A stretch of DNA of 64,000 nt, taken from contig JBKPEA010000005.1 in NCBI GenBank assembly GCA_046728175.1, positions 12,795-76,794 on the forward strand, written 5' to 3'. The DNA is from Thermodesulfobacteriota bacterium (lineage in GTDB: Bacteria; Desulfobacterota; Binatia; Binatales; Binataceae). Below are positions 18,716-29,390 of this stretch, piece by piece (the first letter of the stretch is position 1; every line of letters begins with the position of its first letter). Both the position numbers and the translations under genes were made by a program. The notes beneath the pieces were generated by a model. It did no database searches. It had not been told where the DNA came from and saw only the letters and a program-made list of their open reading frames with translations.

Positions 18716-19120
18716 TTGGACAAGCCATACCGCGGTCTCCTGCTTACGGTCCTCGCGATTCTCTTCGCGCTGGCCGCAATCCAGGACATTCTCAAACCTC
18801 TGCATCTGGAGGGGCCCACCACCGGATTGGTCTTTCTTGGAACCCGCTTGAGCGGCCCAGGCAACCTCGTAATGAGCGTGGTGCTCGCGATCTTCCTGGC
18901 CATCTACGCGGTCGGGATCTGGCGGATGAACAAATATGCCCTAACACTGGGATTCATCTACGCCGTCTACGTGCTGTTCAACATTGTTGTCTTCCCGATC
19001 AGATATGCGGGGGAGAACAATGGCTCGCCCGCATTCCTATTGGGTTTCGTCATCGGCGCCATCGCGATTCCGTGGGCCGCCGCAATATCGCTGTGGCGTC
19101 GTCGCGATGAACTCGTGTAG
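18716..19120 (+). CDS. Hypothetical membrane protein (4 TM)
   Basis: Hydrophobic segments; TTG start; no family recognised. Confidence 0.4.
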   Translation: MDKPYRGLLLTVLAILFALAAIQDILKPLHLEGPTTGLVFLGTRLSGPGNLVMSVVLAIFLAIYAVGIWRMNKYALTLGFIYAVYVLFNIVVFPIRYAGENNGSPAFLLGFVIGAIAIPWAAAISLWRRRDELV

Positions 19121-19172
19121 TTCCGTCAATGCGAAGGCTTTGCGCCCGCGGCACGCGCACTAAGCTGACCAC

Positions 19173-20408
19173 TCACCTTGCTGGGCGGACCTCGTCTTTC
19201 AGCGGGAGTAGCGCCAAGTATGAGCCGAACGCGCTGATGAGCGAATACACGATCGCCCATCGATAGCTGCCCGTGCGATCCACGATCATACCGGCGAGCG
19301 GGGGACCCAGCAGGGCGCCGACGCCCCCGCTCGTATAGAGAAGTCCCATCATGGTGCCGAGCTTGCTGACTCCGAACAGCTCAGCGATCACCGCCGGCGA
19401 CAGCGCGACGAATCCGCCGTAGCCCGCCCCGAGCACCAACGCGAAAGCCACCAGCACCAGGTAGGTACTGCCAACCAGCCAGATCGCAAAACTCACCGCC
19501 AGCACGAAGTAGCAGGTCTTCAAAAGAAAGATGACGCTGATACGATCCGCGAGCGCGCCCAGACCCAATCGCCCCACGACACTGGCGCCGCCAATCGCTC
19601 CGACCAGCGCGGCCGCCGCGACTTCGCTGGTCCCGTGATCATGGGCGAACGCCGGCAGATAAACGAACGGCACGAACAGCGCCAGCGAAGACAAAAACGA
19701 GTTGAGATACAGAAGGCCGAACGTGGGTGTTCGAATTGCCTCACGCACATTGATTTGGCTCGGCACCACGTGGACGGGCGGACGCTCGACGGCGGCGGCA
19801 CACGCGATCAGCACCCCCCCGCCGACAATTCCGAACACGATATCAGTGGTGCGCCATCCGAGGTGCCTTATCAGGGCCGCGGCCAGCGGCGCGACGGCCA
19901 CAGTCCCGCAGCCAATTCCTGCGACCGCGATCCCCATGGCCGTGTTGCGCCGTTTAAGAAACCATCCCGCCACCACTGCCACCATCGGGACGTAGGCGGT
20001 GGCGATTCCGGTTCCGACTCCGATGCTGTATGTGAGGTAGCCGATCCACAGGCGGTCGATGAACCCGGTTAGAATGAGTCCGGTCGCCATCACCAGCCCG
20101 CCGACAGAAACTACAATCCGCGGGCCGAACCGATCGGCAAGGTGCCCCGCGAGCGATCCGCTCATTGACGAGACGAACACGGTCAGTGAAAAGACCACGG
20201 CGGTCTCCCCGCGCGCGGCGCCGAATTCAAGCGCCATGGGTTTGAAAAACGCGCCGAAACTGTAGGCGACGCCGTACGCCACGAACATCGCAACGAACGC
20301 CGCCCCGGTGATTCGCCACGCGCGCGGCGAATCGAACAGCTCAAGCGCGCGTTGCACGTCGCGGCTAAGCGGCGCAGCCGAGTCGGAAATTTCCATGCGC
20401 AGGAGCAA
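19173..20408 (-). CDS. MFS transporter
   Basis: 12 predicted TM helices; GHLADRFGPR MFS motif. Confidence 0.8.
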   Translation of the reverse strand: MLLRMEISDSAAPLSRDVQRALELFDSPRAWRITGAAFVAMFVAYGVAYSFGAFFKPMALEFGAARGETAVVFSLTVFVSSMSGSLAGHLADRFGPRIVVSVGGLVMATGLILTGFIDRLWIGYLTYSIGVGTGIATAYVPMVAVVAGWFLKRRNTAMGIAVAGIGCGTVAVAPLAAALIRHLGWRTTDIVFGIVGGGVLIACAAAVERPPVHVVPSQINVREAIRTPTFGLLYLNSFLSSLALFVPFVYLPAFAHDHGTSEVAAAALVGAIGGASVVGRLGLGALADRISVIFLLKTCYFVLAVSFAIWLVGSTYLVLVAFALVLGAGYGGFVALSPAVIAELFGVSKLGTMMGLLYTSGGVGALLGPPLAGMIVDRTGSYRWAIVYSLISAFGSYLALLPLKDEVRPAR

Positions 20409-20525
20409 ACTCGCTCAGAGACGGGCCCGATGCAAGCTTGCAGGCCAGGGCGCAGGCCCGGTAGCGTCCACACCAATGGCCAGAGGATTTTGCGCCGCCC
20501 CGACTCGGCAAGTAAGTTGAGCCCT

Positions 20526-21932
20526 ATGAGCACCGCTCAGATTCGCAGCTTCGTCGACAACCTGTGGAACCAGGAGATCATTCCTGCGCTGATTGAGTTC
20601 GGGCGGATCCCCAACAAGTCGGTCTCCTTCGATCCCGAATGGGAATCGCACGGGCACATGCAGCGCGCCGTTGAACTGCTGAGCAGATGGGCGCAGCGCC
20701 ATGCGCTTCCCGGCATGATGCTCGAGGTCGCGCACATCGAAGGGCGCACGCCGCTGATCTTCATCGATGTGCCCGGAACCTCCAATGATCAGGTGCTGCT
20801 CTACGGCCATCTGGACAAACAGCCCGAGATGGCAGGCTGGCGCAAAGGTCTAGACCCGTGGGCTCCGGTGCGCGAAGGCGACCTGCTCTACGGTCGCGGC
20901 CTTGCCGACGATGGTTACGCGATGTTCGCCTGTCTGGCGGCGCTCGGCGCCTTGCATGCTGCGAAAATCCCGCACGCGCGCTGCACGATTATTATCGAGG
21001 CCTGCGAAGAAAGCGGCAGCTTCGATTTGCCGCCATACATCGATCTGCTCGCGGAGCGCATCCGGCGTCCCAGCCTGGTCATCGCGCTCGATTCGGGATG
21101 CGAGAACTATGAGCAGCTCTGGTGCACGACATCATTACGCGGGCTTGCCGGCGGAACCCTGCGCGTGGAGATGCTTACCGAGGGCATCCACTCCGGGGCA
21201 AGCGGCCAGGTGGCGGACACCTTTCGGGTCGCGCGTCATTTACTTGATCGCATCGAGAACCCGGAGACCGGCGCGGTCAGCGATCCAGCCTTCAACGTCG
21301 CCATTCCGCCCGCGCGGCTGAACGAGATTAAGGCGTCGGTACAAGGCATCGCACGAGGGGCTAGCGACTTGCCACTGGTCGAGGGCGCCGCACCCGTGAC
21401 GCACGACGTCGTTGAACGCATCATCAACAGCACCTGGCGCCCCGCTCTTGCGATAATCGGCGCGGAAGGTCTCCCCCCGGCTTCCAACGCCGGCAACGTG
21501 CTCAGACCGATGACGGCTCTCAAGTTGTCGCTCCGCCTCCCACCAAACTGCAATTCACACAAGGCGTCCGCGCGGCTCAAGGCACTGTTGGAATCGAACC
21601 CTCCCTACGGTGCGAAGGTGAGCTTCGCTGCTGACTGGGAAGCAGACGGATGGGACGCGCCCGAATTTGCTCCCTGGCTAAAAAAATCCATGGCTGAGGC
21701 TTCTCGAGCCTACTTCGGCAAACCGGCTGCATACATGGGACTGGGTGGAACGATTCCATTTATGGCGATGCTCGGCGAACGCTTCCCTCAGGCCCAGTTT
21801 CTTATCACCGGCGTCCTGGGTCCGCGCTCGAACGCTCATGGCCCCAACGAATTCCTGCACATCCCGACCGGCCGAAGCGTGACCTGCTGCGTGGCCCAAG
21901 TGATCGCCGATCACTTTCGCGATTCCGCGTGA
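20526..21932 (+). CDS. M20 family metallopeptidase/dipeptidase
   Basis: LYGHLDKQP, GRGLADDGYAM, EACEESGS metal-ligand motifs; start ATG 20526. Confidence 0.8.
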   Translation: MSTAQIRSFVDNLWNQEIIPALIEFGRIPNKSVSFDPEWESHGHMQRAVELLSRWAQRHALPGMMLEVAHIEGRTPLIFIDVPGTSNDQVLLYGHLDKQPEMAGWRKGLDPWAPVREGDLLYGRGLADDGYAMFACLAALGALHAAKIPHARCTIIIEACEESGSFDLPPYIDLLAERIRRPSLVIALDSGCENYEQLWCTTSLRGLAGGTLRVEMLTEGIHSGASGQVADTFRVARHLLDRIENPETGAVSDPAFNVAIPPARLNEIKASVQGIARGASDLPLVEGAAPVTHDVVERIINSTWRPALAIIGAEGLPPASNAGNVLRPMTALKLSLRLPPNCNSHKASARLKALLESNPPYGAKVSFAADWEADGWDAPEFAPWLKKSMAEASRAYFGKPAAYMGLGGTIPFMAMLGERFPQAQFLITGVLGPRSNAHGPNEFLHIPTGRSVTCCVAQVIADHFRDSA

Positions 21933-22077
21933 TGAGCGAGCCCGGATCCGCTTTGCGGAGGCCGTGTGATGCTGCGGTCCTAAGTATCGTGATTTTGTTT
22001 CACGGGCGCGGGGAGTTCTTCTTGTGAGCTTCAGCCCGCGCCGCCGGTGACTGCCACAGGCGCAGGAGCACCGCCGA

Positions 22078-22836
22078 TCACGGGACGACCACCGAACCGC
22101 CGCTGATGCTGATAACCTCCCCGCTGATGTAAGAGGACAGGTCACTCGCAAGAAATAGCGCGAGGTTAGCGACTTCGCGCGGCTCACCCAGTCTTCCCAT
22201 CGGGTTGCGCTTCTTCGATGCCTCGAACATCTGCTTGGGATAAATCCGTTCGAGGAACGGGTTGTAAATAACGGTCGGTGCGATGGCATTGACCCGAATC
22301 CCCTTGCCTGCCAACTCACCGGACGCCGCCCGCGTCAGGCCCATCACTCCCGCCTTGGCGGCTGAATAAGCAGCTTCGCCGCCCGACGATGCGAGCCACC
22401 CGGCCGCGGATGCCATATTCACGATTGCGCCCTTGCCTTGTTCCATCATGTGCGGCACGACCGCGCGAATCGCCCAAAAGGTCCCACGCAGACATACGTT
22501 CATTACCAGGTCCCAGGTCTCGTCCTTGAGCTGCCAGATGGGCTCTAGCTTGTTGATGCCGGCGTTGTTGAAGAGGATATCTATGCGTCCGTATTTCTCG
22601 TGGGTCTTGGCGACCGCGCCCTCTATCTGATCGCGTTGGGTCACGTCGACCGGAATCCCGAGCACCTCGCGTTTGAACTGCTCGCCCAGCTCGGCTGCGG
22701 TCTCCTCGGTGCGCTTGGCGTGCGCATCGGTAATAACCACGGTCGCGCCCTCTTCCAGAAAACGGGCTGCCACTGCATGACCGATTCCGACTCCCGCCCC
22801 CGCGGTGATCAACGCAACCCTGTTCTGTAGCAGCAT
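22078..22836 (-). CDS. SDR family oxidoreductase
   Basis: TAGAGVGIG Rossmann motif, NNAG, YSAAKAG catalytic motif; ATG 22836 with GGAGGT RBS. Confidence 0.85.
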   Translation of the reverse strand: MLLQNRVALITAGAGVGIGHAVAARFLEEGATVVITDAHAKRTEETAAELGEQFKREVLGIPVDVTQRDQIEGAVAKTHEKYGRIDILFNNAGINKLEPIWQLKDETWDLVMNVCLRGTFWAIRAVVPHMMEQGKGAIVNMASAAGWLASSGGEAAYSAAKAGVMGLTRAASGELAGKGIRVNAIAPTVIYNPFLERIYPKQMFEASKKRNPMGRLGEPREVANLALFLASDLSSYISGEVISISGGSVVVP

Positions 22837-23145
22837 GGTGTACCTCCGACGCTTCGATCCAATAGCTGCCCGCTTAGCTGCACGATTGTCAACTCGCGGA
22901 GTGGCGGCCCCTACACCGTGCGGCGAAGCGCCGGTCGCCACTCAAAGATCTGATCGCAAGGACAGATGAACTATGGGAAGGCGACAAGGGATGGTCGATT
23001 TCCGAGGCAATGTGTCCCGCTAGTTGCACTAACGCAGGGGCGAGGGCGTGGTACGTCAACCACGGAGGTTGCAAACGCCTCGCTGCTGCTACTGGCGAAT
23101 TGATCGCCAGGCTGAAGACCTAAGCGAATGGCTTAAGTGGCCCTT

Positions 23146-23547
23146 CTATTTCTGTGTACGACGACCCTGTGACTCGTCGAAGTACCGCATAGCACATACG
23201 ACGTTCCCCTCCGTATCTCTGAATTGGATTAACTCACCGACGGTGGGAATCGTCATCTTGGGTACGATGACCTGGCCGCCCTCGCGTCCGATCATCGCCG
23301 CGATCTCGTCGACATCATCCACGGAGATGGTGCACTGAAAGCCGACGCAGCGATCCTCGTCCTTGGGCCGCTCGTGCACGGCCCCGTGGATGCCGGGATC
23401 GTTCTCGTCCCCGGTGGCTATTATGAAAAAGCCGGGCGGGCCCCATGGCGAGAACCGCCATCCGAATACCCTTTCGTAGAATTTACGCGCGCGATCAACG
23501 TCATCGGCGTGCACGTCGAAGTGCGCGATGTTCCTTGCAACCATCAT
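23146..23547 (-). CDS. VOC family protein (glyoxalase-like)
   Basis: HFDVHADDVDRARKFYERVFGW; 133 aa. Confidence 0.7.
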   Translation of the reverse strand: MMVARNIAHFDVHADDVDRARKFYERVFGWRFSPWGPPGFFIIATGDENDPGIHGAVHERPKDEDRCVGFQCTISVDDVDEIAAMIGREGGQVIVPKMTIPTVGELIQFRDTEGNVVCAMRYFDESQGRRTQK

Positions 23548-23651
23548 GAGACCTCCATCGCACTAGATATGTGATCTTGGCAGAGACGTTACCGGAGGCG
23601 CTCGCGACGTCCTGCCAGATTATAGCGGCAATGCGTCAAGCCCAGATGAGC

Positions 23652-24827
23652 TCAATCGATCTTGAATGCGCGGGTTTCGTCGATGAGCTGCTTCAACCAT
23701 TTCATATAAGGAGTGCCGCCTGTTCCACGCGGATCATCGGTCCATCGATTGATATATTCCTGAGCCCAATCGAAGTGGACTGAACGAAATTCCGCCATCG
23801 CATCGAGGACGGCGTTGTAGTGCTGCTTGCTCGCGAACGCACGGACACTCGGCATCGACTCCACCATCTCGAGCAATCGACGATGCTCGGCCGGCATATA
23901 GTTGCGCATATCGATCAGATGGTTGGTCAACATCGACGGCCGATGCGGAATCTTCATGAATGCGACCAACAGCGGCATGATACTGCTCTGCGCTCCGGTC
24001 TCGCCGCGAAAATTCATCCGCAGCCGCGCCGCCGAGCCGGCGGCGACCCGACCGCCAGGCACCTCGGCCTCGTACTCAACGTCTTCGAAAAAGCGAATGT
24101 AGGGGCGGAAAGTCTTGTAGTAGAGCGCAGGGCTCATCTTCTCCGGAATTCGCCGCAATACTCGAACCTGATCATTTACCGCGCCGGCAATTTTCTCCAC
24201 CGTGTCATCCACGGATGAGGATGCGTTCGTATCCAGCGCCACCTGAGCCGCCGCCACCGCGTCGAGAATCCGAGCGGCAGTGGCCTCGATCTCGACGTGA
24301 ACCAGGATGAACCAGTGCTCGTCGTAGAGATGAACAAAATTCTGAACGGTGTCGATGTTTCCAAGCGCGATCGGCTGGTTGGGGCGGAACCGCTTCCAGT
24401 TATAAAGGGCATAGCCGTCGTAACTCAGAATCGGCGGTCGATTCAGGAGCCTACAGGCACGGCACAGCGGGACGGCCAGGTTCGCCGGCAACACTCTGCT
24501 CGGTTCCTCACCCACCTGGTTGATATACGCGGATGCAAGAAAGCCGACCCGTAGGTAGTACAGCTGGAGTTGCGGAAGATCGCTCGCCTGCACACGACCT
24601 TCCGGCCAAAGAGGAATCTGGAGCGAACGCGCATAACGGCGAAAGCTGCGGTCTTGCAAGAGGCTCGGGAGATCGCGCCCGATTTCGTCCAGCGCCGAGA
24701 ATTCGGAATCGTAAGGAAACCGCGTCAGTGGATCATGCTCAGGCAGAAATCCACGCGAGCGAAATTTGGCCTCGATGAATCCTCGGCCGCTCGAATCTTC
24801 TGCCGTATCGCATCCCGCCTCAGGCAT
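23652..24827 (-). CDS. Indoleamine 2,3-dioxygenase (IDO)-like heme dioxygenase family protein
   Basis: FRGETGAQSSIMPLL matches the conserved GGSAGQSS region of the IDO family; 391 aa. Confidence 0.5.
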   Translation of the reverse strand: MPEAGCDTAEDSSGRGFIEAKFRSRGFLPEHDPLTRFPYDSEFSALDEIGRDLPSLLQDRSFRRYARSLQIPLWPEGRVQASDLPQLQLYYLRVGFLASAYINQVGEEPSRVLPANLAVPLCRACRLLNRPPILSYDGYALYNWKRFRPNQPIALGNIDTVQNFVHLYDEHWFILVHVEIEATAARILDAVAAAQVALDTNASSSVDDTVEKIAGAVNDQVRVLRRIPEKMSPALYYKTFRPYIRFFEDVEYEAEVPGGRVAAGSAARLRMNFRGETGAQSSIMPLLVAFMKIPHRPSMLTNHLIDMRNYMPAEHRRLLEMVESMPSVRAFASKQHYNAVLDAMAEFRSVHFDWAQEYINRWTDDPRGTGGTPYMKWLKQLIDETRAFKID

Positions 24828-25095
24828 CCAAGCACCTCCTCAGCGGCACCTCATCTAGATCATACGCCCCAGCGCCCCAATCTTTAATCGCGTTGCTTAG
24901 ACCGTCCCCTGGCCAGGCATTCACCCTGGAATAGAAAAGAGCGCGCGCGCTTTCATCGGTTGTTGCCTCCGTAGTCAGACAGGGTACACGCGACCGCAGT
25001 CCAGCCGCCACGTACGGATCACAAAACGCCTCAACTGCTCTAGTTTGCGTGTCCCAATTTCTTCTCCGACGCAGTGAATCGAACGGCAACCGCAG

Positions 25096-25953
25096 TCAGC
25101 GGAATGACGAGTCAGCAGGAGATTTTGGGGGAGCTTCGTTCATCAGCGAGCGGAGCTGTTGGAGAACGACCGGTTGCAGAAGGATCTCGTGGCCCAAATC
25201 CTTCAGGACCCGCACCTGCACATTGCCGCCGTTGGCTTCCATCCTGCGCGCAAAGGCGAAGGTGAGCGACGGTGGCGTTACCGGATCCACGCTGCCCACG
25301 ACCATCCGCACGATCGTGTCTCTGGGAATCTGCTCAGCGTGATCCTGCGGCGAAACCGCGCGGACCGGAATGAGCCAAAAGGGATTCCATTGATGCTTCA
25401 TCATGCCCCAGCGGAACACAGGCACGTCGCAAGGGCACGACACCAGCAACGCGCCCCGAGCCACACGAGGAAAGAGTGCAAGGATGTCCGCCGCGATCGT
25501 CGAACCACCGGAATGGCCCACCAGCGTGAGATCTGCAGCATGATAGCGAACCATCAGTGCCTCGGCGGCACTGGCCACGCTCGCGATGTCATCGAGTGTA
25601 TAGTTGTCAGCTAGAGCGAAGCCCCGATCGCCCTCACTCCGTCCTCCCATTCCGTCCTGGTAGCCTGGACGTAGCACACCCACGCCCACGACATCATCCA
25701 GAGCCGCCGCCGCATGGTCAGCGAACACGTACTGATAGGACGGATTTGCGGAAGGTGCATCGCCATGGATCACGACGATGAGATGCGGATGTGTCGAGAG
25801 CTTCGCGCTCTCATAGGCGCGCCCCGCGAGCAGCCAACGACCGCCTTGCACCCGGACTGGCTGGCCGGCAGCAGAAGCCGCGGAAACATGGATAAGGAGG
25901 GTGACGACCATCGCGCCAATGGCAGCTACGAACGGGCGCATCAACGTTCCCAT
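25096..25953 (-). CDS. Secreted alpha/beta hydrolase
   Basis: Signal peptide; GHSGGS nucleophile elbow; HGD motif. Confidence 0.65.
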   Translation of the reverse strand: MGTLMRPFVAAIGAMVVTLLIHVSAASAAGQPVRVQGGRWLLAGRAYESAKLSTHPHLIVVIHGDAPSANPSYQYVFADHAAAALDDVVGVGVLRPGYQDGMGGRSEGDRGFALADNYTLDDIASVASAAEALMVRYHAADLTLVGHSGGSTIAADILALFPRVARGALLVSCPCDVPVFRWGMMKHQWNPFWLIPVRAVSPQDHAEQIPRDTIVRMVVGSVDPVTPPSLTFAFARRMEANGGNVQVRVLKDLGHEILLQPVVLQQLRSLMNEAPPKSPADSSFR

Positions 25954-26327
25954 CGCGATCACCCTTTCGGGTGAATGGTCCAGGGACCGGCTGACCAGTT
26001 TGTTTCTGTCCACACGCGCCATTTATCGCCCGCATTTCAGCGCTGAAATCGTAGCGGACGAAAATATCGAACCGAGGCGGCCACTACGTCTCCAAGCAGA
26101 CTGACGGCCTCAACGAAGCTTCTTCCGCGGGATCGTCGTGTACAAATTGGCCGGACGAGACCAGAACGGAAGATATCCTGCGGAGGCGGCAGCGCGCCAC
26201 TACGAATGTTTACCGATTTTGAAGGAGAGCAAGGCCCACCCGCACTGGCTCTCCGAGGTCGGCCTTAGCGAAAGTAGCTACCTGGCGACAGCCTCTCAGA
26301 GTTGACGGTCGCCACGAGGCGCTGAGC

Positions 26328-27434
26328 TTACCTAGGGCGTCGTCGGAAGTTGGGTCCGAAGATGAGACCGGTAGGTGCATTTAGCGTGGTGGCGGACCCA
26401 ATCAGGAAGGTCCCCGGATTTACCGCGCCACTCCCCGTGAGCTGCCCAGCTTTAAAGATCGCGGTGCTCTTGTTGGCATCATCGGAAACGACCAGATCGC
26501 CCAAGTTGTTAAAACTGACTCCTTGCGGGTCCGCGATGGTGACACCAACCCTGGTCATCAAGGGGGTGAGCTGAATCGCGGGGGCCGGGGTGCCACTCGC
26601 CGTCAAGGAACTGGCGACAAACTCCACCACCAAGGGTCCAGAATAATGCCCTCGTTCGAGAACCAGGTCACCAGCCGTGTCGAAGACCAGGCCCCATGGC
26701 CCGTCGATGCTTGCGAATGTGGGATTGGCGTTGGAGCTCAGCCGTGGGACTTCCATACCCCCGGAGGTTGGAATGTGGGCGCTGTTAACCACGAATATCT
26801 GCGCGGCGCCGTTGTCGGCCAAATACAAATTCCCCCTTACTGAACGCCAGTCCCACGATCCCGGTGGAACCGCTGATTTGGAATACCGCTGCAGGCACTA
26901 GTCCGGTCCCGCTTACCGAGGTCAATTGGGCCGTGGTGAAAAGGAATATTACATTCACCCCCGGGTCGGCGACGTACAGGTTGCCAACCCTGTCAAACAC
27001 GCCGAACTGAGGAAAGACGAACGGGGCACACCGCCGGAATTCGTAATCGCGAACGTCGGTGTCGGCGAGTCGTTGGTACGGAGAGATCTCAGTCGGGCAT
27101 TGCTGAACGTGAAGACCCCTTCGGTGGTATCTCCCGTGCCATCGCCGAGGTCGACGACCCACAGATTGTTGTGAGTGTCAAAGACCGTATCCTGCGGAGA
27201 AAAGAACGAGCCGCTCATATTGATCAAACTCGGCTTCGGACTGGTGACGCTCCCGCTCGAAGTCTGCCCGCCTGAGAACTCCGGAACGGTCGAACCGCCA
27301 CTGTTTGCCTCCCACAGTCCGGTAGTTACGGTCTGGGCCAGAGTCCTGTGAGCGCTCGACGCGAGCAAAAATCTCCCGACGAGTACGGTTACGCCGATGC
27401 GCCAGAATTCCGTGCGTATTGATTGCTCGAGCAT
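26328..27434 (-). pseudogene. NHL-repeat beta-propeller secreted protein, frameshifted into three ORFs
   Basis: Signal peptide at 27434 ORF; repeated NLWVVD / NLYVADPG / DLVVSDD NHL-like motifs continue across ORFs 26955-27434, 26785-27162 and 26328-26828 in different frames. Confidence 0.5.
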
Positions 27435-27649
27435 TCATATCGCTAGATCCTCCCTTGAAATTCAGATACCTACGGGCCCCCTTGGGACCCGCGCGCTTTC
27501 GTGATGCAGATGAGATCCGGTACTTCCGTGCAAATCTGGTTTCTCGGCGGTCCCCTGGAGCGACGGGTTCGTCGAGCCTTTTTGCGCAAAGCTTTCATGG
27601 AAAAAAAGGTCGACATATCCTCAAGTCCGGGATGGCAACCAAGTAATCG

Positions 27650-27850
27650 GTCGCGGTAGGTCCTACCGCTTGATAGCTATCTTGAGATGCTTTGTCTTTA
27701 ATCAGTGTGCAACCACTGATTCTTTTGATCTTTATAGATTTTAATATTGAACAGACAATTTATTGCTCTTTATATATTATTTATAAGATGAAATCGAATG
27801 ACCAATAATTATAAAGAATCATAGCTGCTTTAAGACTGCGTTAAAGGGTG
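27650..27850. other. AT-rich (~25-30% GC) island in otherwise GC-rich DNA; contains inverted repeat AATCAGTG-n7-CACTGATT
   Basis: Seen directly; lies between divergent NHL pseudogene and cupin gene. Confidence 0.6.
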
Positions 27851-28040
27851 AGCGTCTTTCGGCAACCTTCTATCCGTCGCCAGCGAACCGTTCTGCTCGG
27901 ATTCAGGATCAAATCTCGCGGAGCAGTCAGACCACCGAGCTGGCAGCAAGGAGTGCCAGGGCGCGGTGTGCGGCCTTAGGAGCGCGGCATGGTCGAGGCC
28001 CTTCTTGGAGTGTTATGCATTCGAGTGGAGGGTCAGTCTG

Positions 28041-28403
28041 ATGAAATATACCCGCATCTACGCCGATTCCGAGGGCGAATCGCATCTTCAAGACGTCGAT
28101 CAGGAGATGAAGCCCGCGGACCACGCCTCGACGATGTCGGAACTGATCGCGGCTAAGGGAGTGATCTTCCGTGAAAGCCGCAGCGGCGAATACTTCGTTG
28201 ATTGGCACAATGCGCCGCGTCGCCAATTCGTGGTGAATCTGATCGGTGAAATAGAAATTCAGACCAGTGATGGTGAGATCCGCCGTTTTGGCCCCGGATC
28301 GATCCTTCTGGCCGAGGACCTCAGCGGTAAGGGACACATCTCGCGCGGGATCGGAAACGGAAAACGCGAGGTGCTGTTCATTCCCTTGAGCGACCCCAAG
28401 TAG
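28041..28403 (+). CDS. Cupin-like small protein (hypothetical)
   Basis: 120 aa; beta-rich with GxxxxxxG spacing typical of cupins; weak. Confidence 0.4.
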   Translation: MKYTRIYADSEGESHLQDVDQEMKPADHASTMSELIAAKGVIFRESRSGEYFVDWHNAPRRQFVVNLIGEIEIQTSDGEIRRFGPGSILLAEDLSGKGHISRGIGNGKREVLFIPLSDPK

Positions 28404-28850
28404 AAAATCGACATCATCAGGATCGGCGGCTATCAAAGCCAGGGAGGGGCGAAGACCAGGAGCTATTTGCGAGGGAGTACGCTGCAGCTTTATCGACGCG
28501 AGCTTCCCGGAGGGAAGAGTTATTGCCGTTTGTTCTGTGTTCCGCGACCGAACTGCCAATAGTCGTCGCCATCACTGAGATCGGTCCTCGCTTGAACATC
28601 ATGCGGACGGAAATCGCGACCGCCCCAAAGTGCAGTTCTGCTATCATCCAGCTGTTCCGCGGCCACCGACGCAACGCTTCTGCCAGTCCAGTCGGAGATG
28701 GCTAGCGCGACGGACTGAGCCAGTCCCCGCCGCGCAGTAGATCCTTGCTTGGCGCATCTCACGGTCGAATTGTGAGGCCACGGTAGACGTCACTCTTTAC
28801 CAGTCCTAAAAACTCTGCCGTCCAGCTATTGAGTTTTGCTGGGATGCGGG

Positions 28851-28888
28851 TCAAATAAAGACGGCTCGGCACCGATGGGGCCGAGCCG
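28851..28888 (-). terminator. Rho-independent terminator (minus strand)
   Basis: Perfect 9-bp stem CGGCTCGGC/GCCGAGCCG with 9-nt loop, followed on the minus strand by TCTTTATTTGA. Confidence 0.45.
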
Positions 28889-29055
28889 GCCAGAGGGTGG
28901 ACTGGTTATGGCATCTAGGGGGAGGCATTTAGTAACCATGCTTGGGGGTCGAATCTCCCCCGGTTCAGGTTCGAGCTCCCGCCTGACGCGTTTGAGACAC
29001 TAGCCATACCGGCGATTGTTGGCATCGGGCGGTGAACTGCGGACACTGGATAACT

Positions 29056-29301
29056 ATGACTCTGCTGGCGACCCTGCTAATGGGTTGCGCGTCGCAGTCA
29101 TCACCATGCCGCTCGCTTTACCCGCAAGGTCCGGATACCGAAGGAGCGCGAGAATATTGTCGAGATCTGGAACCACTAAGAGCTCTCGAGATAGCTGCAG
29201 CAGACGAAGCCTACGAGCTGCTTAAGGGAGTGGGGCTGATGCCCAGTGCGACGTCTGGTGTGAGTCGAATCTTAGATACATCAGCTGCGCCCGCCCCATA
29301 A
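29056..29301 (+). CDS. Small lipoprotein (hypothetical)
   Basis: MTLLATLLMGCAS lipobox; 81 aa. Confidence 0.35.
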   Translation: MTLLATLLMGCASQSSPCRSLYPQGPDTEGAREYCRDLEPLRALEIAAADEAYELLKGVGLMPSATSGVSRILDTSAAPAP

Positions 29302-29390
29302 CTCTGCAATTGCCTTTTCAAAGATCGGCCGACCGGCATCGGAATCGCTTACGAAGTCTGGGCAAAAGTCGGAGAGTTCCCGAAGATCGG

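Noticed and set aside
27927-28559. 210-aa minus-strand ORF overlapping the cupin-like gene
   Set aside because: It overlaps the better-supported plus-strand gene and extends into the AT-rich island. There is no motif support.
28900-28985. Possible tRNA or tmRNA 3' fragment (GGGGG-TCGAATCT-CCCCC and GGTTCGAGCTCC T-loop-like motifs)
   Set aside because: No acceptor stem or D/anticodon arms could be paired on either strand within 70-400 nt. The stems flanking the T-loop-like sequences are poor. It is treated only as part of a structured candidate-sRNA region.
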